Positions 54,197 to 64,000 of a stretch of DNA of 64,000 bases are shown piece after piece. The stretch comes from Octopus vulgaris (Eukaryota): assembly GCA_951406725.2 (NCBI GenBank), contig OX597837.1, forward strand, positions 35,960,001 through 36,024,000. The letters are read 5' to 3'. The notes beneath the pieces are model-generated. The model did no database searches. It was given only the letters and a program-made list of their open reading frames with translations, and was not told the origin of the DNA. Within the stretch, counting starts at the first letter, position 1. Each line of letters begins with the position of its first letter. The translations under genes and the position numbers were made by a program.

Positions 54197-54436
54197 TCAA
54201 CTCTTGGAATCAAACTTGGAATCTTGGGGTTAGTAGCCCGCACTCTTAACCATTATGCCATATACATGTGGAATAAGAATCCAGGTTTGAAATTTCCCCA
54301 AGACACCTGATGAAGGCTGGAGGGTATATCAGCCGAAATATTGTGTTAACAACAAACAAGATGAGGACAAAATTTCCTTCAAATGTAAATAATGTAAATA
54401 ATGTACATAATTCCCCATCTCTTAAATTTAGAACTG
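54011..54436. mobile_element. Foldback element: inverted Penelope-type arms around (TTA)n and a tRNA-like head, with a 13-bp TSD
   Basis: Arms at 54011-54134 and 54270-54394. TSD ttccacccatttg (53998-54010) / ttccacctatttg (54437-54449). Minus-strand A box TGGCATAATGG (54250-54260) and B box GTTTGATTCC (54206-54215). Confidence 0.8.
54302..54347 (+). ncRNA. Minimal type-I hammerhead ribozyme motif
   Basis: Stem I gacac/gtgtt; core CTGATGA plus one extra A; stem II GGCTG/CAGCC; GAAA; U-A pair and AUU triplet within the palindrome AATATT. Confidence 0.6.
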
Positions 54437-55250
54437 TTCCACCTATTTGATTTAATGAAGGACTGTCTTCAAGGGAGAATGATTTGGGGACACGGATGAG
54501 GTGAAAGTGACTGTGAAGACCCTCTTACCAACTTGTGGTATTTGAAGGACCCACTTCAGGTAATCCTTTCTATTATAGGCACAAGGCCAGAAATTTTGTG
54601 GGGAAGGAGCCAGTTGATTAGATTGGCCCCTGTACACAACTGGTACTGAATTTATCGACCCCTGAAAGGATGAAAGGCAAAGTTGACCTCCGTAGGATTT
54701 GAACTCATAATGTAGTGACAGATGAAATGTCGCTAAGCATTTCACCCAGTGTGCTAACCATTCTGCCAGCTCCAGTTAATAAAATAGTAATGTCTTTCAT
54801 TGTATTACCTTTAGTACTACCCTTGTGTGTGTATGTGTGTGTGTGTGTGTTTATGTGGTTGTGGTGGTGGTGGTGTTGGCAGTAGTGTTGATTGTGGTGG
54901 TAGTTGAGGTGGTGATGATGTTGGTGGTGACAGTGATATTTTAATAATGGTGGTTGCTATTAAAAGGGGGGAATGGTGATGGTCATGGTTGTGGTGGTGG
55001 TGGCTATGGTGGGAAAGGCTGCGGGGGGGGATGGTGCACTTCCTCCCCACTCCACACCATGTTCCCTTTCTCCACTCGGCTCTCTTCCTGGTATTTAGTC
55101 ACCAAGGGATAAGAGGTGGGAGGGGGGCACTTCACCTCCACCCCCACCCAGCGACAGAGCAGATAGGTCAAGGTAGGTCAGATGAGGTGAGTTCAGGTGA
55201 GAAAACATTTTGAAAGAAAAACTTTGAGATGATTGGAATTAGGTTAAATT

Positions 55251-55311
<61 letters not shown>

Positions 55312-55540
55312 GTGTGATTATGTGTGTAAATGTGTATATGATATATGTGTAAGCAAGCATGTGTGTATGTGAGCATGTGAGGATGTGTGTATTTATGTGA
55401 GAGTGTGTATGTGTCTATATGTATGAATAGATGCAGGGATGTATGTCTGAGAGAGAAGGGACAGAGTGCATGGGTGTGTGTGTGTGTCAGAGAGATGGAG
55501 TGTGTGTGTGTATGTCTACACGTGAGTGTGTGTGTGTATG

Positions 55541-55579
<39 letters not shown>

Positions 55580-55724
55580 GAATGTGTGCAAGAGAGAGGA
55601 GAGAGTGCATGGGTGAGAGAGAATGTGTGTGTGTGTGTGTGTGTGTGAAAGCGAGAAAGAAAGAGAATGTGTGCATGTCTGTATGTGTGAGAGAGAGAGA
55701 GAGAGAGAGAGAGGGCAGGTGCAT

Positions 55725-56060
55725 GGATAACACAATAAGATCCCAGATATGGAGGTCTTCCTCTCTTGAGCTGATCAGCCGAGTATTTCCAGACTGCTGA
55801 GGAGAGCACAGGTCGGGGGGTGGTGGGGAGAAGGTCACCTTGTTCGAATGCCTGACACATGACTCGCCAAGAGACTGTCTTACATTGAACTGGCTGAAAG
55901 GCAAGTGCATGTAAAAGGGTGGACAGAAGAAGCACTTTGAGGAGGATCTACACACATAGCCTCAATGATGAGCTTTTGAGATAAAAACCCCAATACCTGG
56001 GAAATGCAAGCACCAGACCATTCTGCCTGATGCGGCTGCGCCAACAGAGCTTCCTCCTCA
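55725..56060 (+). mobile_element. Degenerate RTE (BovB-like) LINE fragment
   Basis: IPDMEV...PSISRLLRRAQ...GHLVRMPDT*LAKRL...GGQKKHF...WEMQAPDHSA, with frameshifts. Confidence 0.7.
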
Positions 56061-56102
56061 GACAAACAGATCAGGATTGTAGGGACAGAAAGAAAATGCT
56101 AA

Positions 56103-56490
56103 GTGCGCAGGAGTGGCTGTGTGGTAAGTAGCTTGCTTACCAACCACATGGTTCCAGGTTCAGTCCCACTGCATGGCACCTTGGGCAAGTGTCTTCTACT
56201 GTAGCCTCGGGCTAACCAAAGCCTTGTGAGTGGATTTGGTAGATGGAAACTGGAAGAAGCCTGTCGTATGTGTATGTCTGTGTGTCAGTTTGTCCCCCCA
56301 CCATCGCTTTACAACTGATGGTGTGTTTACATCCCCGTAACTTAGCCATTTGGCAAAAGAGACCAACAGAATAAGTACTAGGCTTACAAAGAATAAGTCT
56401 TAGGATCAAATTCTTTGACTAAAACTCCTAAAGGTGCTGCTCCAGCATGGCTTTAGTTAAATGACTAAACAAGGTAAAAGAATAAAAGAA
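56103..56490 (+). mobile_element. SINE family A copy
   Basis: Full match to the family. Confidence 0.8.
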
Positions 56491-56684
56491 TTTATATATA
56501 CATACATACAGATAAGGATAAGGATGAGAGTTCAAATCTCATGGTAGGCTGCCAACAGATTTTTCTGCAAAATATAGATAGTTTATCCTGTTCGTGCTAT
56601 AATATTGGCATTATCCTACGTTTGAGAATAAAATTATTTCTTTATCTGTGTGTGTGTATGTATGTATGTATATATATATATATT

Positions 56685-57027
56685 GCTAGCGCCGCCCCGA
56701 CTGGCCTCCATGCCGGTGGCACGTAAAAAGCACCATCCGATCGTGGCCGTTGCCAGCCTCGCCTGGCCCCCATGCTGGTGGCACATAAAAAGCACCATCC
56801 AACCATGGCCGTTTGCCAGCCCCATCTGGCACATGTGCCGGTGGCACGTAAAAAGCACCCACTACACTCACGGAGTGGTTGGCATTAGGAAGGGCATCCA
56901 GCTGTAGAAACATTGCCAGATCAGACTGGGCCTGGTGCAGCCTTCTGGCTTCCCAGACCCCAGTTGAACCATCCAACCCATGCTAGCATGGAAAGCGGAT
57001 GCTAAATGATGATGATGATGATGATGA

Positions 57028-57030
<3 letters not shown>
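56685..57030 (+). mobile_element. SINE-like repeat with the ggcattaggaagggcatccagctgtagaa core and (GAT)n tail; other copies at 503-683, 1985-2337, 12975-13300, 39465-39690 and 48875-49275
   Basis: Multiple dispersed copies on both strands with the same motif order. Confidence 0.75.
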
Positions 57031-57062
<32 letters not shown>

Positions 57063-57958
57063 CAAGCTTCTCTCAATTTCTCTCAACCAAATCCACTCAC
57101 AAAGGCCTTTGTTGGCCCAAAAGTTATTTTAAGAGACACCTTCCCAAGCTGTCATACAGTGGAACTGAACCGGGAACTGTTTGGTTACAAAGGATGCTTT
57201 TCTGCCACACACCTACGCCTGCATTTATGGGTCTATGGACAAAAGAAACCTAATCAAAAAAATTTAAATACAATAAAAGAAAGTCATGTGCTTACGTCAA
57301 AAGTAATCAACTTTGATAATTACACGGTAATTAAAATATTTGTTAATCGGTCAATCAGATGTTATCCAACAGCTGTTAGTTAATTTGATGTTATTGCTGT
57401 TTAGCCCCAGGTCCATCCTGATCCAACAGACCTATGATCAAAGACCTTCCATGACCATGCTCTCGTGTATTTTCTGCATCCTCCCTTGTTGCTATTGTTC
57501 ATCCCAAGCCCAGTCGTGATCCATTCTTTATTCAGACATAGTGTATCTAGGGCTATATTATCTAATGTGCAGACCACTGTTATTGCTGTTGTTTAGCCCT
57601 AGGTTAGACTTGATCTAATAGATATAACTTAGCAGTTTGGCAAAGGAGAACTGATAGAAGAACTTCCAGACTTGAAGAAAAAATAAGCAAAAAAACATAA
57701 GAACTGGGGGTTGATTTGTACGACTACAGCTCTTCAGGGTGGTGCCCCAGCATGGCCACAGTCCAATGGCTGAAACCAGTAAAAGGTAATTAATGGATGA
57801 ATAAGGAATATATATGAGCATGAGTTTCGTGTGTTGGCACTTACTAAACTAGTATATGCGTGTGTGTATGTTAGTGTGTGTGTGTGTTGTGTGTGTGTGT
57901 GTATGTGTGTGTATATATATATATAGATCATCATCATCATCATAGATAGCGATAGTTT

Positions 57959-58182
<224 letters not shown>

Positions 58183-58413
58183 TTTACACCTATGTATATG
58201 TGCAAGTGTCTTTACACCAGTTTTTGTTCTCACCACCACCACAACTGCTTGATAGCAGTTTGGTGAAAGAGACAGCTGGGGGGAACAAAAAAAAGGTACT
58301 AAAAATTCTTCAAGACAGGGCCCCAGCATAGCTGCAGTTAAAGATAAAAAATTAAATACCAAGAAATAAGCAAATCCCCCCCCAAAAAATACAAAATAAG
58401 GAGTTCCACTCAC

Positions 58414-58542
58414 CAAATATGATTTTTCTTTTCACAACATATAACGGTAAAAAAAACCCTTTTTTTCCAAGTAATTTCCCACAAGTTACGTAAAGTTTTC
58501 CAAGTAATTCCACTGTCCCAGGAACGGTTCAAGAGAGATTTC
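58414..58542 (-). other. Candidate non-coding (5' UTR) exon
   Basis: Unique sequence bounded by a strong acceptor (tctcttatttctgcag) and a donor gtgagt (58408-58413). Same strand as the gene; the link is unproven. Confidence 0.3.
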
Positions 58543-58835
58543 CTGCAGAAATAAGAGAGATTAAATGTAAAAACCTATTTATCTAAAATAGAATAACAAA
58601 AAACACACACAAAAAAAACACAGCGATAATAATTATAATAATCAGTTGACGAGAGGACTACATTCTTGGAACTGACTGATCATACTAAATATGTCATTGA
58701 CGTGTGTGTGAGTGAGTGAGTGTATATATATATACATACATACACACAAACATATATAAGAGAGGGAGAGAGATAAGTGTGTGTGTATATATAAAACTAT
58801 ATGAATATGTATACATGGGTATGTATCTATACATA

Positions 58836-60091
58836 CAGGGGTTGGACAAAAAAATGGAAACACCTTAAAATTTCAAACAAATTTATTTTTATATGGGGTA
58901 GGACCACATTTAGCCGTAATTACAGCTTTAATTCTATGAGGTATGGACTCGTACAAAGTTTGAATTGTTTCCAGAGGAATTTTTGTCCATTCTTCAGCTA
59001 AAACAGTCTCCAGTTCTTGTAGTGATGATGGTGGAAGATATCGACTCCTTACTTGTTTTTCTAAAATGCACCATAAATGTTCAATAATATTGAGATCTGG
59101 GGACTGTGGTGGCCTGATTTTATGTTCAGCTTCACTAGAATGTTCCTCGTGCCATTCAGTAATAATTTTAGCTATGTGAATTGGTGCATTATCCTCTTGA
59201 AAGATTGCATTTCCCTCTGGAAACAGTTCCACAACCACAGGATGAATTTCATCAGATAAAATGCTTAAATAGTCTTGACTATTAATTCTGCCTTAAAGGG
59301 AAACCATTGGGCTGGTGGATTTCCATGATAGTCCCCCAGATCATCACAAATCCTCTTCCATGTTTAACGGTTGGAAGAAGGCAGTCTAGGTCAGATGTTT
59401 CTTTTCCCTGTCTCCACACGTATACTCAGCTGGTGGTTGGAGATAAGGTAAAGGATGACTTGTCCGAGAAAATAACATTCTTCCACTGCTCTAGGGACCA
59501 ATTCTGTAGGTTTTTTACTCCACTCTAAATGCTTTGCAACATTTAGTTTTGAAAGTAGTGGTTTTCTGATTGCAGCCCCCCCCCTGTGAAATCCGGCTTT
59601 GTGCAGCTCCCAGCGAACAGTTTTTGCAGAAACTGGGCTCTCGAGGTGGTCATTAAGCTCTGCAGTAATTTTGGGAGCTGTACTTTTGTGATCCTTTCTA
59701 ACTATTTGCGTAAGAGTCCAATGGTCCCTATCTGAAAGTTTGGTTTCGACGAGGAGGTTTTTCCTGCTTTCTCAAAGTCTGTCATTACTTTCAAGACAGT
59801 ACTTCTTGATACACCAAACATTACGGCTGTTTTCGTTATGCTAGTACCTGCCATATGAGCACCAACAATTCAACCTCTTTGAAAGTCAGATAGATCTGTC
59901 ATTTCAATGAATTTCAATTACCTTTTTCTGATGATATCTGTAAAGAAACAGCAATTTTAGCAAAACATATTAAGCAACACTAATAATAAATCAAAAAGCA
60001 TAAAAATAAACAAGCTTTTGACGGTTTTATAGATACTTCAAAATTATGATGCTATGATGCTAGGTTTTTCCATTATTTTGTCCAACCCCTG
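58836..60091 (-). mobile_element. Full-span Tc1-family transposon with decayed transposase
   Basis: TA|CAGGGGTTGGACAAAA...TTTTGTCCAACCCCTG|TA gives TIRs and a TA TSD. The transposase runs from ATG 59902 (MTDLSDFQRG*IVG...) to 58873, with FQEDNAPIH and PPQSPDLNIIEHLW (DDE) motifs and internal stops/frameshifts. Confidence 0.93.
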
Positions 60092-60189
60092 TATACACAC
60101 ATATTTATACACACACATGAATGTAGATACATGTGTGTCGATATATCTCCTACTCTGTATTATGTATGTGTGTGATAATATATGTGTGA

Positions 60190-60229
<40 letters not shown>

Positions 60230-61522
60230 TAGTGATGAAACAGTAGCAACTTCTGAATAAGGCTTATTGATATTGCACAATTAATATGGCTTGTTCTCAT
60301 TGGCTATTTCAGGTCACATGGTGAAATAGGTTACTAAACATCCACTAACAAATGGGAGGTAACCCATTTGCCACTAATATAAATAAGTTGTTTTACATTC
60401 ATCAGAAATTCAGGTACAATGAGGATTTCAGCCAAACTTTATGGGATGAAGTTGACATCTAATGGCTTAAAGGTAATCAACAGAGTTCTATTGGTGGTAG
60501 TAATATGACAGGTTTCTTCTTGTTAAAGATACAATTAGCTGTTGCACTATGTGTAGTTTCTCAGACAGACATGGATAGCAGCTGCATGCTCCATTAAGTA
60601 CAAAACTGCTTTGTTGAGAATATTTCAGATTATACTGGGTAGGATATGTTCCTTTTGTGTTATTTCCCTTTGTTAAAGCTCTCATATCAATAAAAAAATT
60701 TCAAATATCTCCAGCATTTTGTGTTGTTTCTTGCAAATGTAATTTAATTGGAAAAAAAATTGTGTTTTGTTTTGTAAACTGATGTAGGCGTTATCTATAG
60801 TACAGAGTCACACACAAATACATTTGTGTGGATTTGTGATAAAAAGATAAAATCCAGAACCTACCCCTCCCCTCAAACAAAACAAAAACAGTGCTCTGTT
60901 GTATGTGTGTGCAATTAAAATACTTAAATATACCGGAAACAATATAATCTGTATGTCGAGATATGAAATACCCATTTGTGTATACATACATGTGTATGTG
61001 AACACACATACATGGAAGCAATATATGCATATATATACATACATATATACACACACTCACAAGGTGTGTGTGTTCGCAGTTAAACACCTAAATTTAGCAG
61101 AAACCACATAATTTACTAATACAGATAAAATAATTATGTGTGCGTGTGTGTGTGGGTGTATATGAATGAGTGAAGGTGTTTATAAATATGTTTGTGTGTG
61201 TAGATTTTATATGTATGTACACATTAGTATGTATGAATAGCTGAGTAATGTATGAGCTGAGGCAATACATGGGTATAAGTGGAATCACTTGTGGTAGGCA
61301 AGGGTGGAAACTGCCTTGGTTTCTACAGATAGTGTGGTGTGTGAGTATGTGCATTTATATATAAGTGTGTTATATATATATTTATATATATATATATTAT
61401 GTATATGTATATATATATATATGTATATATATGTATATTATGTATATGTATGTATATGTATATGTATGTATATATATGTATATGTATATATATGTATATA
61501 TATATATATGTATATATATGTG

Positions 61523-61571
<49 letters not shown>

Positions 61572-61878
61572 TTTTTTTTTTTATATATACACACACACAC
61601 ATACACATCTACACAGAGTGGTCCCTGAAAGTTATTAAATGGCTGGAAACAGTCAGTGACTCCCTATCCTGGTGTCCCCTATTATCTTCAGTGACATTTT
61701 AACTGCTGGCGACATTCTCCATCCCAAATAATCAAAGGGTCTAAGTTTAGGAGATGTAATTAGGGCTCTAAAGTATGTGTGTGTGTGTGTGTTGTGAGTT
61801 ATGCCCTTTCTCACATACACTAACACACACACATGCACTCCCACCACAAACACAGATCAGTGCATATATATATGTGTG

Positions 61879-62174
<296 letters not shown>

Positions 62175-62183
62175 TTATTATTT

Positions 62184-62222
<39 letters not shown>

Positions 62223-62620
62223 GACAGTATAGAAGTTTGTTCATTTGACAGTAAAAGTACATTTCTATCTATCTATTTATCTATCTATCTAGATGGATGG
62301 ATGGATAGACAGACAGACAGACAATTAGGAATGTAGTGTGTGTTGGCTGGGTGGGTGCTGGTAGTGCATGTAGCATTGTGTGGATAGGTTGGTATACGCG
62401 TGTGTGTGTGTATGTACATAAACGCACACACACACACACACACACAAACGTGTGTCTCTCAGACATTATCTGTGTGTGTATAATACATATATATACACCC
62501 ACACACTAATACCCACACTTGTCCCTCTTTCTCATATGTATGTGTATGTATATATACATTGTGTGTGTGTTTTTATATATATATATATTGTGTGTGTGTT
62601 TTTATATATATATGTGTGTG

Positions 62621-62666
<46 letters not shown>

Positions 62667-62869
62667 TACATACATACACACCCAGATACCCACACTTATC
62701 TCTCTCGCACACATACAGGCTTATATATACATACATACATACATACATATATATATATAAATAACATACATGCACATGTGTCTCTCTTATTTATATATGT
62801 ATACATACGTTATGTTTGTGTGTATATTTATATATACACACACACACACTTGTCTCTCTCACATACAGG

Positions 62870-62912
<43 letters not shown>

Positions 62913-63026
62913 GTGAAACAAGGTATACTTAAATACCAGTGGTATATATGCTTTATATATATATATCAGACATAGCAAAAACTGTCTGATGCACAGTACA
63001 GATTGTCTCTGCTGTTAAAATAAAGT

Positions 63027-63057
<31 letters not shown>

Positions 63058-64000
63058 ACATACATGTCTCTCATATATATATATATGTATACATACATTA
63101 TGTTTATGTGTATATTTATATATATATATATATATATATATAAACATACATGTGCACGTATCTCTCATATATATCTTACATATGTACTTGTATATATGAA
63201 TTGTAAAGAGAGAGAGAGAGAGAGTAAGGGAGATGTAGATACGTAATGCTATAGGTTGCATTGCTGCTCCACAATAAAAATAAAATAGGTGATGGAGGTG
63301 GGGGAGAGGGGGAGGGCAGAGGGAGAAAGAAGAGAGAAGAGAATTCGAGTGCGGACGGACGTAGAGGGAAGTGCAACCAGACACGGCAGCAGAAACGAAT
63401 CAGAAGTTTGTAGTTCATAAGGCCTTTCAGTTGTGGGACAAGGCGCATGAAGGGACCTGCTTACGAGAATAGTTATAATAATGACCATGGTTTTCACTTT
63501 CTCAGATACGATCTAGGTGAAACACATTCACTGCCAAGTGTAAATATTAAAGTCAATACAAAATTGGCCAGGTTCCAGTGAGTTGGCCAACTTCAAGCAC
63601 CTGTAGTATAATTTTGAGGTGGTGGCCGGGGTCGGCAGGTGGGCTAGAGCAGAATAATATAATTAGCATTGCTGCTGCTGTTGTTGTTGTTGTTATTATT
63701 ATTATTGATGTTGTTTAGCCCAAGGTCAATCCTAATCTAGCACAGATCTATAAATGAAAGCTTTCCATCTGTGGCCATCTTGAGGTTTTAGTACATTAAA
63801 ATATTAAAATCATTCTTCAAAAGGTGTTGGCTGTGTGGTTATAAAGCTTTGCTTTGTGATCTCGTGATTCTGGGTTCAGTCCCACTGCATGCATCTTGGG
63901 CAAGAGTTTTCTACTATCGCCTTGAATCAACCAGTGCCTTGTAAGTGAGAATATAGCTGATGGAAACTGTGTGGAAGCTCATCATATATATATATATATA

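Larger units (their letters stand above)
53505..54525 (+). mobile_element. Tandemly repeated mariner 3' remnants; the second copy is interrupted at 54011-54436
   Basis: YSPNLVPSDFHPF at about 53634 and HNPNLVPSDFHPF at about 53971, plus FHPFGPMKDSLQG at about 52918. These resemble the mariner YSPDLAPSDFHLF motif. Confidence 0.65.

Noticed and set aside
58873-59902. Active Tc1 transposase
   Set aside because: An early in-frame stop and frameshifts leave only the C-terminal part open.
60255-60295. miR-92-family seed TATTGCAC
   Set aside because: No match beyond the seed and no pre-miRNA-length hairpin.

Overview
AT-rich, microsatellite- and SINE-dense eukaryotic genomic DNA. The repeat families look like those of an octopus (coleoid cephalopod); this is an inference from recalled repeat motifs, not a database result. 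Almost all ORFs in the supplied track are microsatellite or SINE artefacts. One real spliced gene can be built on the minus strand from four coding exons (22717-22783, 15253-15420, 9346-9519, 7697-8121), all joined by phase-1 GT-AG introns. It encodes about 277 aa: signal peptide, TSP1, TSP1, LDLa, a hydrophobic (TM-like) segment and a tail. The rest of the window holds tRNA-derived SINEs, a full-span decayed Tc1 element, mariner, CR1/L2, RTE and R4-like remnants, TTAA (piggyBac-type) MITEs, a non-autonomous Helitron and many mini- and microsatellites. The most unusual signal is a 426-bp insertion at 54011-54436 with a 13-bp target-site duplication. It has a tRNA-like Pol III head between inverted arms that carry a minimal hammerhead-ribozyme motif of the Penelope type. 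Further hammerhead-like and large foldback structures occur at 2640-2728 and 58-469.
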